From Eledone cirrhosa (lineage: Eukaryota): 64,000 bases of DNA. Positions 1 to 11,746 of this stretch are shown here, piece by piece. Both the position numbers and the translations under genes were made by a program. The notes below the pieces were generated by a model that saw only the letters and a program-made list of their open reading frames with translations, was not told where the DNA came from and made no database searches. Positions within the stretch are counted from its first letter, which is position 1. Each line of letters opens with the position of its first letter. The DNA is taken from contig OZ024745.1 of the NCBI GenBank assembly GCA_964016885.1, positions 84,320,001-84,384,000 of the forward strand, given 5' to 3'.

Positions 1-2067
1 AGAAACAGGTTTAGTGCTCTGTGGAGAGTCAGAGGAGAGAGAGATTGGATGGACTGAGGAGAGTGTGACGAGGAGGTACGGGCACTTCACCAATGCAGTG
101 GCGGAAGCAAGTGAAACCCTGGTGCCGAGGAAAAAGAACAAAGGGAAGCACGTCAGCTCTGCAAACCCAAAAGTGTGTGCAGCCAGAGAACACCTGAAAG
201 CTGCCAGGGACCAATTCTATGCTGATCCTACGGAGGAGAGGATGGAGACTGTGGAAGTGATGAGGGAAGAGCTCTGTACCGCTTACACTGAGGTCACAGA
301 GAAGGCACTGATAGAGAAGATCAGAAGTGTGGAGAGAGCGGTTGACAGATCTGGATGTGAGGAGAGCTGGATGATCATCAACGAGATCACAGGGAGGAAG
401 AGAAGATGTTCGAATCAGATCCAGGGAACGGGGCCCGAGGATAGGAAGAGGAAATGGCTAGACCATTTTAGGACCCTACTAGGAGAGCCACCCTCCACAG
501 CCCAGAGCACTGGGGAGATCAGGCGGCTGTTTGAGGAACTGGATGTTGAGTCAGAGCCCTTCATCAGAGAGGAGCTTCAGAGAGCCAAGAAGAGGATCAA
601 GGAGGGCAAGGCTCATGGAGAAGATGGAGTGGCATCAGAGGTGATGAAGAGGTGTGATTCTGATGATATCATCCTGGAGTTCTGTAACGGTCACTGGAGA
701 AAGGAGTTGCCCCGAATCAGTGGAGGATCAGTAACATCGTCCCAGTGCCAAAGAAGGGAGATCTCTCTAACACCAACAACTACCGGAGGATCTCACTGAC
801 GTCACTGTGGCAAAGACCCTCAACAGGATGATTCTTAACAGGATCCAGCCTGAGATGGAGAAGAAGCTCAGGGACAACCAGAACGGCTTCAGAGAGGGTA
901 GATCAACCACCAGTCACATCCTGATGCTGAGGAGGATATTAGAGTGAGCTAGAGCAAAGTGCCTTCCTGCGGTCATGGTTTTAATTGACTTTATGAAGGC
1001 CTTTGATTCTGTGGACCGTTACTGCCTGATGAAGATCTTACAGGCTTATGGAATCCCCAAGAAGATAGTGGACCTGATATCACTGCTCTACACCAACACC
1101 AAAGCCCAAGTCATTACACCTGATGGGATAAAAGAGTTCTTTGAGATACTGGCTGGAGTGCTCCAGGGAGAAACATTGGCTCCCTACCCTTTTATCATCG
1201 TAGTGGACTATTGTAAGCGCCTTGCACTGGAGAAACACGAGGACTCTGGGTTTACTGTAGCACCGGCTCAGAGCAGGAGAGTTAGGGCGAAAAAGGTATC
1301 GGATGCTGAATTTGCCGACGACATAGTTTTGGTGACAAATACAGTGAAGGAGGCAGAGGATTTGATGCGGGAGGTTGAGACTGTGTCGATGAGTGTGGGG
1401 CTGAGAATGAATGAGACTAAAACAAAATATCTGGTAGAGAATGTTGAGAAGCCAGAAGGGATCACTAATGTAGGCGGGAAGAAGCTGGAATTGGTTGAGG
1501 ACTTCCTGTATTTGGGAGCAAAGATTGGGAATACGGAAGATGATGTGGTTGAGAGGAAGAGCAAGGCCTGGGCGGCGTGCCACAGCTTGAGATCGGTGTG
1601 GAAGTCGGACCTTCGTAGAGACCTGAAAATCCGCCTCTTCATTGCTGTAGTGGAGTCTGTGCTGCTGTATGGGTCTGAGACTTGGACACTGACCAAGAAA
1701 CTCACTCAGATGGTGGATGGGTGCTACACGAGAATGCTGAGGATGGCTCTGAACATTAATCAGTATACACTAAGGATGAAATACTCAGAGCTGTATGGGA
1801 GCATCCCAAATGTCAGCTCAAAAGTGACACAGAGGAGACTGAGATTAGCTGGACATGCTCACCGACATCCAGAGTTGACATTGCACTCAGTGCTCCTTTG
1901 GGAGCCCCTACATGGACACACTAGAAGAGGAAGACCAAGGTTAACGTATGTTGATGCCCTAAGGACAGACACTGGTCTGTTGGAGACGCAGGACATGGCA
2001 GCGATAATGAGGGACAGAGACCGCTGGAGAGAACTCGTCCATGGATCTCGGGAATTTTACCCGCCTT

Positions 2068-2069
<2 letters not shown>
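1..2069 (+). mobile_element. RTE-clade non-LTR retrotransposon, disrupted RT ORF, 5' end outside window
   Basis: ORFs 14-799 and 975-2069 plus a shifted frame near 690-810 (IVPVPKKGDLSNTNNYRRISL). RT motifs LIDFMKAFDSV, GVLQGETLAP, EFADD, FLYLG; RTE C-terminus LLYGSETW...RRGRP...DRDRWR. Frameshifts and a TGA near 945. The stop runs straight into (TA)n. Confidence 0.92.
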
Positions 2070-2103
<34 letters not shown>

Positions 2104-2108
<5 letters not shown>

Positions 2109-2626
2109 TAAACGGAAAAGAAAATGCTGACAAATTGTTCCCAGTGAAAAATAGTTTAATTAGGAATAAGTAAAAATTAGTAATAGTATTGGTTAGTATT
2201 CAGTTTTGGTTTTAAGTTTTACCGGTTGCGCATTTCTAATGCTTTTCAAAAATAATTTTGAGATAGAGCGCCCGTGATGTTTGCTCTAATCTGATTAGAT
2301 TTGGAAATTCTACCTGTTTTATGTGAAAAAAATTGCTCCAGATGTATTAAAATAAGTTTCGCGCCAATTCCTGTTGCAAAAACTCTTGTGGTCAAAACAA
2401 TTTTGATTGGTCGGTAGAGGTCATGTGAATGTTAAAAATTGATTTTGCGCCAAATGTAGGTTTGTGTCGGCTGATTGAGAAGTCACTGAAAAATAAGTTT
2501 TTCAAAACAAATATGTGTGTGTGTGTGTGTGTGTAGTAGTAGTAAAGAGGTTCGTTGTTGTGATAATGGTCAGCAGGGATGTGTGTGCGAACCGCAGCCT
2601 GTTGACAGTTAAAATGCCTATTAAGA

Positions 2627-2695
<69 letters not shown>

Positions 2696-3189
2696 CAGAT
2701 GTCTATAGATATAAACGTGCCGACACACACACATACATTAACGTACACATGCATTGCACACTGATGGGCATATACATATTTGTACACAAGTATTCCAATA
2801 CGGCAAGGCCTAATGGATTCCCCTTGCAGTACGTACAATCTGGACACTCACACACACCTTGGTATTATGCCAATACTATATATCATTTCACACCTTTTAT
2901 TATTAAGGTTTTTGATGTTCTATTGAGAGAATCGTTTTTACTGAAAATATCGAATAATGTACACCATTTTTACCAGTATCACAAAATTACTGGTCCACCC
3001 ACACACATATATACACACACACATACACACGCGTACATTAACATACAAAGAGACATACACACACACACACACACACACACTTCTCCGTATAAGACAAGAG
3101 CTGAAAAATATCTTTTAACATGTTAAAATATGCCCCACACACGTACAGACACATTCCTACTGACCATCCCTCTACCACGAATTACTCTG

Positions 3190-3224
<35 letters not shown>

Positions 3225-3725
3225 TCTTAATAGGCATTTGAACTGTCAACAGGCTGCGGTTCGCACACACATCCCTGCTGACCATTATCACAACAACGAA
3301 CCTCTTTACTACTACTACACACACACACACACACATATTTGTTTTGAAAGACTTATTTTTCAGTGACTTCTCAATCAGCCGACACAAACCTACATTTGGC
3401 GCAAAATCAATTTTTAACATTCACATGACCTCTACCGACCAATCAAAATTGTTTTGACCACAAGAATTTTTGCAACACGAATTGGCGCGAAACTTAGTTT
3501 TTTCACATAAAACAGGTAGAATTTCCAAAACTAATCAGATTAGCGCAAACATCACGGGCGCTCTATCTCAAAATTATTTTTGAAAAGCATTAGAAATGCG
3601 CAACCGGTAAAACTTAAAACCAAAGCTGAATACTAACCAATACTATTACTAATTTTTACTTATTCCTAATTAAACTATTTTTCACTGGGAACAATTTGTC
3701 AGTATTTTCTTTTCCGTTTACCAAT
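2104..3725. repeat. Foldback element: inverted arms 2104-2699 and 3186-3725 around a ~490-bp spacer, between (TA)n tracts
   Basis: ATTGGTAAACGGAAAAGAAAAT at 2104 is the reverse complement of ATTTTCTTTTCCGTTTACCAAT ending 3725; arms colinear; one-sided extension 3726-3762. Confidence 0.92.
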
Positions 3726-3759
3726 CTATCATAACTCGTGTGTTACACCCCTATTCTTT

Positions 3760-3791
<32 letters not shown>

Positions 3792-3868
3792 ACGAAGGAA
3801 ATGTGGTAAGGAACCAGGTGGACCATAACGCACCAAAGTACTCAATACTTAGGGTAGTAGAGTGGGTA

Positions 3869-4008
3869 ATAGGAACGAGTAGGACCCCTACGGCTGAGCT
3901 CAAGCCGTCTCGACGGCTAATTCTGGACTAAAAAAAATGAATTTTTTTTTTTAGTCCAGAATTAGCCGTCGAAACGGCTTGAGCTCAGCCGTCGGGGTCC
4001 TACTCGTT

Positions 4009-4013
<5 letters not shown>
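3869..4013. repeat. Short foldback (~70-bp arms) between (TA)n tracts
   Basis: AGGAACGAGTAGGACCCC...GGACTAAAAAAAA mirrored by TTTTTTTTAGTCC...GGGGTCCTACTCGTTCCT; one-sided extension 3791-3868. Confidence 0.9.
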
Positions 4014-4059
<46 letters not shown>

Positions 4060-4061
<2 letters not shown>

Positions 4062-4624
4062 AAAAAATGAAATTTCATTTCTCACTCTTAGTACGGCTGA
4101 TACTTAAATATAAGTATGTATACGTACATACATATATGTATACAGACGTACAGTAGTATGTATATATATACATACATGCACATATATATATATGTACGTA
4201 TGAGTTTACCGAACATTTATTATAATGCTCGGTTTCTTTGTAAACAAACAGTCCGAATTATTAGCCGTACAGTGTTCGGCAACAATCGTTGCCCTTTTGT
4301 TCAACACTGACAAAGGAACGATGAACTAGTTTCTAGCTTATTAGCTATCATCAGCACCGTATACCTTCCTGTCAGTCGTTTGAACGTTTGAAAGTATATA
4401 CTTTCCTTATGCATATTAACGGCTGAGCAGCCTAATTTGCATATCGAGTGAGTTAGTTCGCCGGGTGTACCGAAAACGATAAATGGAAAAAATGAAATCG
4501 TTTACAAACAAACCGTTCGGTAAATGTTCGTAAACCCATACGTACATATATATATGTGTGCATGTATGTATGTATATACATACTACTGTACGTCTGTATA
4601 CATATATGTATGTACGTATATATA

Positions 4625-4630
<6 letters not shown>
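4060..4630 (-). mobile_element. Dispersed copy of the 429-bp hammerhead monomer: full monomer on - (4060-4497) plus inverted partial copy (4500-4630), inside (TA)n
   Basis: Clear homology to the 52818-62575 array unit; terminal redundancy GGAAAAAATGAAA at both monomer ends. Confidence 0.92.
4318..4360 (-). ncRNA. Type I hammerhead ribozyme
   Basis: Minus strand: acggtg CTGATGA tagct-aata-agcta GAAA ctag TT catcgt; stems I and II pair, stem III palindromic. Confidence 0.88.
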
Positions 4631-4691
<61 letters not shown>

Positions 4692-5133
4692 GTAATCTGA
4701 GTGTTTCGAATATTAATAATAACATTCGATTCGTTTGCAATTATGCAAACAAACCTCAATTTTATAGCCATGTCAATAGAATGAACCCTTCATTCTTGCT
4801 CTTGTGTTGGCATGCGAACTCTAATGTTTCTGGTATCATCCTTCATCACTGTTCACCTGCCAAACTGTCAGAGCTAGTGAAAATATATGCTCTTTTCAAA
4901 AATACACAGTGACTGATCGGCCTGATTTGCATATTAGCAGACTGGCTGATCAGTCAGATCTTCATATTAGTAGATCCACTGATCAGCCAGATTTGTATAT
5001 CAGCAGACTGGCCAGTCAGTTTCCTGTATAAGAGCGATAAATGACCTGCTTTGCCAAATTCAAATAAAAAAAAATTTCGTTCTACATGGCTGAATACAAT
5101 AAATATAATCTGAGTTTTTCGAATATTAATAAT

Positions 5134-5321
5134 TGTTTCTACGTTTGGCACAAGGCCAGCAATTATCCAAGTGTATTACTGGTACTTTATTTTATCGACC
5201 CCGTAAGGATGAAAGGCAAAGTTAATCTCGGCGGGATTTGAACTCAGACCATAAAGGGCCGTAACTCTTTGCTACACAGAATGGTGTCCGACCCTCTACT
5301 GATACTGCCAATCCACCGCCC
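5134..5321 (-). mobile_element. tRNA-derived SINE with 16-bp TSD
   Basis: A-box-like TGGCAGTATC, B box GAGTTCAAATCC, core ACTTTGCCTTTCATCCTTACGGGGTCGATAAAATAAAGTACCAG; TSD TTCGAATATTAATAAT at 5118-5133 and 5322-5337. Confidence 0.92.
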
Positions 5322-5564
5322 TTCGAATATTAATAATGACATTCGATTCGTTTGCAATTATGCAAACAGGCCTCAATTTTATAGCCCCCGCTGGAGATTT
5401 TTTCCCTTCGATTTTTATGGAATTTAAACCATAGGTAAATGACAAGTTATGATGCCTATTCACAAAAGTTTTGAACTGATATTTTGAAAACAATATTTAC
5501 AAGAAACAAAATAAGAATAAGATTTGATAATCTAATTTTGATTTGATATATTACAAAAAATAAT

Positions 5565-5749
5565 TGTTTCTACTTTAGGCACAAGGCCAGCAATTACCAG
5601 TGCATTACTGGTACTTTATTTTATCGACCCCGTAAGGATGAAAGGCAAAGTCAATCTCGGCGGGATTTGAACTCAGATGGTAAAGGGACGTAACTATGCT
5701 GGAAAGCATGGCGTCCGACCCTCTACCGATACTGCCAATCCACCGCCCT
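5565..5749 (-). mobile_element. tRNA-derived SINE with 16-bp TSD
   Basis: Same family; TSD TATTACAAAAAATAAT at 5549-5564 and 5750-5765. Confidence 0.92.
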
Positions 5750-6799
5750 TATTACAAAAAATAATGTTTTCCAATTTTTCATGCATTACATTTTACATTG
5801 AGTAATATTGAAATGCAGAGTTTTTCTCCATAAATTATATCACTAATTTAAAATCAATCATCATTTTCTTACAAAAAAAAATGTGTGAAACGCAGCAAAG
5901 CGCTGGTAATTCGGCTAGTATATATATATATATTGGGAAATAGGTGAGATCCTTTGTACAGTTAGGTATATTTGAAAAAAAGGAAAAGAATGACTTCACT
6001 TGTATTCTTAAAAAATTTTTATTTAATTTTATATTATAATATTATGAGTTGGTAAATCTAGTAAGTTCTTTGTTAACTTCGGTGGGAAGAATTTGTAGAT
6101 TCCTGGTTAACTCGTCCGTGGCGATTGACAAACTGAGATCAGGTTGTGTTGAAATGTGTGACTATATATAAGAGAGATTTGGATGTGTTTGGGGTGTCGG
6201 GTGTGGTGTTAATGCGTGTTGATGATGATGAAGGTCCGGAGGAATTAAAGCATACATACACACACACGTACACACACACACACACATAAACACACACACA
6301 TACAGACACTCAGAAAATGGTGAGGTTGCAAGATAAAGGTGTTTGAGAAGGTGGCTGTAAACATCCTCTCCTGCTGGTTTTATTTCATTAGCTGACCTTT
6401 GATGAATATATAATGGCATAGCTGAATCAACTCTTCCAAATCCATGTTGATCAGAGGTAAATAATGTATTGGAGATCGAGTGACTCAACTTCAAGCGATT
6501 AGCGATATGTATATTGTGTTTGTGTGAAGGCATGCATGTATCAGTATGTGTATATTTGTGTATGTATGTGTCTGTGATAGTGCCAAAGAGAAAAAAGGAA
6601 AAGGTCAGAAAGATAAGCTGAACAAGAGGAAGGAGAGTAAAACAATATATATTAGGTTAAAGATACATGAATTGAATTGCCGTACGAGAATTTAATTGAA
6701 ATTTACTTCTGAGGTGGAGAAGAAAGAAAAACTAGATGCAATTTTAGCGGCTATCAAAGAATTATTCATAACTGCATTTTTATATGGAAAGATTTATCA

Positions 6800-9755
6800 G
6801 CCCGAGTAGTTAGAGTGCTAGAATCGCTCCCGTCAGTTGTCAAGTCATAGCGAGTTAAACGTCGAGCGGGGTAACATCGCCCCTCCCACACCTATTGCAA
6901 ACAACAGCGCCTCATTGGGCAGTATCGCCAACAGCAGCACCAACAACAAAACAACGACAATAGCAACACCAACAACCGCAGCAAAAACGACAACAACACC
7001 AACAACAATAGCAACAATGACAACACCAACAACAACATGAACAACGACAACACTATCAGCAACAATGAAAAGCAGCAAAACAGCAGCACTAAAAAGAACA
7101 ACAACAGCAGCAACAACAACATGAACAGGATGACCTTCTCAACCACAGCGGCAAAGAGTCAGTGGTATAATTTTAATATTTCATAGGGAGAAGAAACTTT
7201 ATTGTTGTATCAGATGAAAGAATGGTATTTAACTAATGTATTGGTACGCGATCGGGCCCACCCACAGCCCCGGCGGACAGAATGGAGAAGGCGTTTCCCC
7301 GGAGGACGGCAAGGGAGACGCGCTGGAAAAGCCACTCCAACTCGCGGGGCTCATACCTGTGGCTGGCCAGCTCAGCGCTTATGGTGGAGAGTAAGGAGGT
7401 AGCCCTGGGGCCGAGGACACCAGAAGTTTCCACTGCCAGGGGAACGACCGCAAACCTATCGGAGAGCGACCGGTATTTGAGGAGTTTGGCCCCCTCAGCC
7501 CAACGTGCAGCAGAACCTGGGTCAGTTGCAGACTGCACCAGGTTGCGGCTGCAGAAAGTGTCGGTGCAAGTGGCATCCCAGACGAGGGGTTTGCCACCGC
7601 GGAACGGGAAGATGGTCATGCCATCTGGCCTTTTGCCGTCCCCTCGATCCAGCTCCACAGATTTAACAGAAAAAAAATGAACGTTTGGCCCAGGCGGAAA
7701 TATTTATAACTAGAGAAAAGACCAGGGCCAACTTAAACGTCCCGGCAGAGGTGATGGCAGCAAAGAAGATGAGAATACTGAAATATAGATGCATTTCAGT
7801 AAAATCTCGAAAAGCCCGTTGCACTGTTTTGTTTGTGGTGATGCAAGACACCTGCAAGCCTTTTGCCCCCTGCTGAAGACTACAGGCGGCTACAAACCTC
7901 CGTTACTGCCAAGACCGGTGCTGGGACAAAATACAACACCAGCAGCAAGCAGCAGCAGCAACAGTAAAGGAAACAGCACCACCAGCAACAACACCGACAA
8001 GGACCTTTAAAAGCACCCATGGAGTCGTCCAAACAAGCTCTCCATCTCCTCTTCTTTCAAACACACAGACATAGACCAATTGTTACACTTCCGTAAACAC
8101 ACGACCACTCCCCTCTGACACAGAGTCCCCAAGCACCATACTCAAGGGAAGATGAGGGGGAAATCCAAAAAGCAAAAATAACAAAAATGAAAACACAAAA
8201 AAAAAACAGTTCATCTTCACACACACCAACAACCACACTAAATACACCCATAACAAACACAGACACACCTATAACACCAACACTACAGCCGTCAACAAAA
8301 GCACAGCCACCAACAACAACACCGACGCAACCACATATCATGCCCCCCAAAAGAAAACACACGCAGACACGAACAACGACAGAAATACCCAAATTCATTT
8401 AACTAAGAAAGGCCAACAAAAGACTTATGGTCTTTGTAACACGAAATCAAGACATTGAGAAAGAGGGGAAGATTTTTAGCTCCTGCACCTTCCAAGTGCC
8501 CCAAACACTGCTGATGGTACGGATGTCAATAAACACCTACAAAAATATTACGGAGAGCTTCTCCGACTACATGGGAACCCCTAATGTGAAACCACGAGAA
8601 GGCTTTTAAAGGGGTTCCCAGTGGAAACCCCACCAACCATGGAGGTTGAAACACCCGACATCTACAAGCCCCTACGAGGTAAGTAAACTTTTCCTCTTTC
8701 TTTTAGCCTACCAACATGCCATTCCTCAGAGTAGGATCTCCTTGAAAAGTTCTACTGCATCTATCAGCAGAACTGTAGGTATTCTGCCTAAATGGTGAAT
8801 ATGTGTGATCGCCGTTTGTGAGACGAGCCTTTCCATAGCTCGTCTTTTTGACTGAGCTGCAGTCCTGTGTCAAGAAGAAACCGGGACTGGGCACCTGGTA
8901 TCTGGAATGTTGTCTGGTGCTCACTGCCCTCTACCAGGCGGACAATATGGTCAGTGGAACTTTCACTCTCGAGTTCTAAGAGGATTAGTGGTGGGCAAGT
9001 ACGACGACGCACTCGGAGAGGCTCTTGACGTCGACTAAGTCGAACTGACGAGGCTGTTCTGGAGGACTTTCGAGTCGGTGACTGGATAACTTCCAGAAAT
9101 ACCTCGTTTAGCAGTGATACAGGGGGGCACTGCCGGTTCAAGATAAACACTACAGGCACAGAAGTGCTATCAGCCGGACCTGCTCGAGATGCACGCAGAA
9201 CGACGAAACTGTTCTGCACGCACTCGTCCATTGTCCGTGCATTGCTGACTTGTGGAGAAATGTCAAACAGCTGTCGTCGCGTGTAGAACGGATCCGACTA
9301 TCGACCGAGTCTATAGTAAAGATAGCCTCGTCGCCTTCTTTTGACCGGGGAGGACAGGCAATTTTCCTCTGTCTGGTAGAGGTAGGGAAAGAGGTTGTGT
9401 GGTGGACCAGGTTGAAAGGGCTGAAGACAGCCACTTTTCTCTTCGGCCAATCGCTCATAAAGTTTTTCAATTTTCACTTGGAAAGGAAGGTGAGGGTGGA
9501 GAGAGAAATGTTACCCCCCACCCCAGTTCATTTGCTAAAAGATGGGTGAATGTCGGGTAGTTCAGGATTGGTTGGGTACCTGATTCGCCTCTGGATGGTT
9601 ATAACCCCTTATTGGGGAATTTTCATTGTTGTATTTTTCTTGTTATTTTGACATTGTTATTTATATTGTTTACACGTTTATTTATGTAAAAGCCGCACTG
9701 TCCCTGTCTCTGTATTGTACTCTATATGTCGGCCCTTGTCGCCAATAAATGAAAC
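6800..9755 (+). mobile_element. Internally deleted L1/Tx1-like LINE (ORF1 zinc knuckle plus ORF2 C-terminus)
   Basis: CCHC knuckle CFVCGDARHLQAFC near 7825-7867. Frame from 9118 reads YRGALPVQD...TCSRCTQNDETVLHALVHCPCIADLW (zf-RVT-like), continuing into ORF 9250-9549. T-rich 3' UTR and AATAAA near 9744. No APE/RT core seen; 5' boundary approximate. Confidence 0.72.
7160..7660 (-). mobile_element. 3' fragment of a CRE-like non-LTR retrotransposon (restriction-like endonuclease domain)
   Basis: ORF 7233-7658: DGKRPDGMTIFPFRGGKPLVWDATCTDT...AKLLKY...PLAVETSGVLGP...LFQRVSLAVLRGNA, the RPD/D...K..KY/E signature of RLE domains. Confidence 0.85.
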
Positions 9756-9757
9756 AC

Positions 9758-9975
9758 GGGTAGTGAATTGGCAGTATCGGTAGAGCGCCAGACACCATGC
9801 TTCGTTGCATAGAGCTATGGTCCTTTACATTCTGAGTTCAAATCCCGCCGAGGTTAGCTTTGCCTTTTATCCTTACGGGGTCGATAAATAAAACACCAGA
9901 AATACACTGGGGTCGATTTAATAGACTTCCCCGCCCTTCAAATTGCTGGCCTTGTGCCTAAATCAGAAATCATTA
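9758..9975 (+). mobile_element. tRNA-derived SINE
   Basis: TGGCAGTATCGG, GAGTTCAAATCCCGCCGAGG and family core. Confidence 0.9.
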
Positions 9976-10247
9976 TTATTCTTATTATTATATAATTGAC
10001 TGTCGAATTGGGGTACCCGCTACCAGTGATAAGTGTTTAAAAAATATATAATTTGTTAAATTACTGAATGTGCGGCATCCGCTTTACATTTATTTCGCTG
10101 AATATAGAACAACTCAGTTTTCCAGACGTTCCACCATACTTGAAAAACCAAACAGTTCGAAGCTATTTCCTATATGGCAAATATAGTGCATCGTCTAAGT
10201 AACGTAAATAATATGCTGTATTTTCAATAGTTTAATACATTATTTAT

Positions 10248-10432
10248 GCGGTGGATTGGCAGTATCGGTAGAGGGTCGGACGCCATGCTTTGCAGCAAAG
10301 AGTTACGGCCCTTTATGGTTTGAGTTCAAATCCCGCCGAGGTTAACTTTGCCTTTCAGCATTACGGGGTCGATAAAGTACCAGTAATACACTGGAATAAT
10401 TGCTGGCCTTGTGCCAAAAGTAGAAACAATTA
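10248..10432 (+). mobile_element. tRNA-derived SINE
   Basis: Same family motifs. Confidence 0.9.
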
Positions 10433-10520
10433 TTTATATACTGTTCTATATTTTTGAGACGAGTAATTATTTACATTATATACATTGGACGGATAGTTGT
10501 CCTCATCTTGTTTTGTTGTT

Positions 10521-10566
10521 AACACAACGTTTCGGTTGATATACTCTCCAGTCTTCATCAGGTGTT
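10521..10566 (-). ncRNA. Minimal type I hammerhead ribozyme
   Basis: Minus strand: aacac CTGATGA agactg-gagagtatat-caacc GAAA cg TT gtgtt; stem I 5 bp, stem II partly decayed. Confidence 0.7.
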
Positions 10567-10792
10567 GTTATTATTAGCGTTTGTTCAGGTCACTGCCTAG
10601 AGTTGTACTCGGAATCTTGAGGTTGTAGCCCGCTTTTTAAGTGTAGCCACTTTTTTTTCTTCTTCTCGAGAAAACAAAAAATTCACGAGAAGAAGAAAGA
10701 AAAGGTGATTAAAAAGCGGGCTACTAACCTCAAGATTCCGAGTACAATTCTAGGCAGTAACCTGAACAAACGTTAATAACAACATCACTGGG

Positions 10793-10837
10793 ACACCTGA
10801 TGAAGGCTGGAGAGTACATCAGCCGAAACGTTGTATT
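10793..10837 (+). ncRNA. Minimal type I hammerhead ribozyme
   Basis: acac CTGATGA a-ggctg-gagagtacat-cagcc GAAA cg TT gtatt; stem II 5 bp, stem I partly decayed. Confidence 0.72.
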
Positions 10838-11408
10838 AACAGCAAAACAAGATGAGGACACCTATCCGTCCAATGTATATAATTATGTATGTGTGTGTGA
10901 GCGTGTGTGCTCGTGTGTGTTAATATCCTGTGCATGTTCGCATGATTAAGAGAAGCCATCACATTCCAAGTTACTGTCCGCATCCAATAGATTCTAATCT
11001 GTAATATGAGACGGTTCTCATATTCTGGAAAGAGTTACCACTCTGTCATAAGAACATCAAATAATCATGCATGGCCAGATATTGAAATAGCCTATTTACT
11101 CCGCCATCTTGAATTATTATATAGCCGGGATGCATAGCATATTATATTTCTATGAAAGACAATGTTGTACAGAAAACACAATGGAGTGGCGTTTGACAGA
11201 AAGCCTGCTGCAATGTTTGTGCATACAATAATGTACACATACACAGATCATAGAATATTGCAGGCGCACATTCACACTATACGATAATACATACATACAC
11301 GCATACACATACATCACACAATAACGCGCATACACATACGCGCACCACACAATAAAGCGCACATACACACACACTGACAATAGTCAACAGAGAGTAAGTT
11401 CCAGTGAT

Positions 11409-11471
<63 letters not shown>

Positions 11472-11474
<3 letters not shown>

Positions 11475-11569
11475 GGTGTCCCAAATATTGTATACATACT
11501 TTGATTACCTGTAAAAGCAATATTTATTAGAATGCTGATGAAGCGTGTATACATTTTTGGGGACATCTG
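11472..11569. mobile_element. Tc1/mariner-type MITE (~100 bp)
   Basis: Imperfect TIRs AGGGTGTCCCAAATATTGTATAC / GTATACATTTTTGGGGACATCTG in TA context; partial second copy near 63130-63205. Confidence 0.65.
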
Positions 11570-11695
11570 TATATATATATATATAGTAATAATAATAAAT
11601 TTGAAGACTAAAATCCAAAGAGGGCTCGATAAGGATAAATATATATCAGATATATAAGAACCGTAGAGTAAATATTTATTAAAATAACAGATTAA

Positions 11696-11746
11696 AGTTT
11701 AAGCAAAGAATCGCTGCTTTCACCCTTAACGGGTTCTTCTGAAACT
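11696..11746 (-). ncRNA. Hammerhead ribozyme with full stem III and one core substitution (CAGAAGA)
   Basis: Minus strand: agttt CAGAAGA accc-gttaa-gggt GAAA gca-gcgattctt-tgc TT aaact; all three stems pair. Confidence 0.65.

Larger units (their letters stand above)
4682..5918 (+). mobile_element. Probable non-autonomous Helitron containing two SINE insertions
   Basis: Short hairpin CAGC-aaagc-GCTG then CTAG|T at 5915-5919, in TA context; internal duplication 4688-4770 vs 5100-5385. The 5' boundary is uncertain. Confidence 0.5.
10475..10883. mobile_element. Foldback element (~195-bp diverged arms) with a hammerhead in each arm; Penelope pLTR-like
   Basis: Arms 10475-10668 and 10686-10883 are reverse complements with several mismatches. 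Confidence 0.85.

Noticed and set aside
5134-5321. tRNA genes at A/B-box motifs
   Set aside because: They are SINE heads with family tails and TSDs, not complete cloverleaves.
6040-6500. Possible CR1/L2-like RT scrap (QHGF); similar weak scraps near 13970-14160, 21170-21400 and 24150-24680
   Set aside because: Too short and decayed to classify without a search; no support as host exons either.
11535-11545. CTGATGA inside the MITE
   Set aside because: No GAAA or pairing stems downstream.
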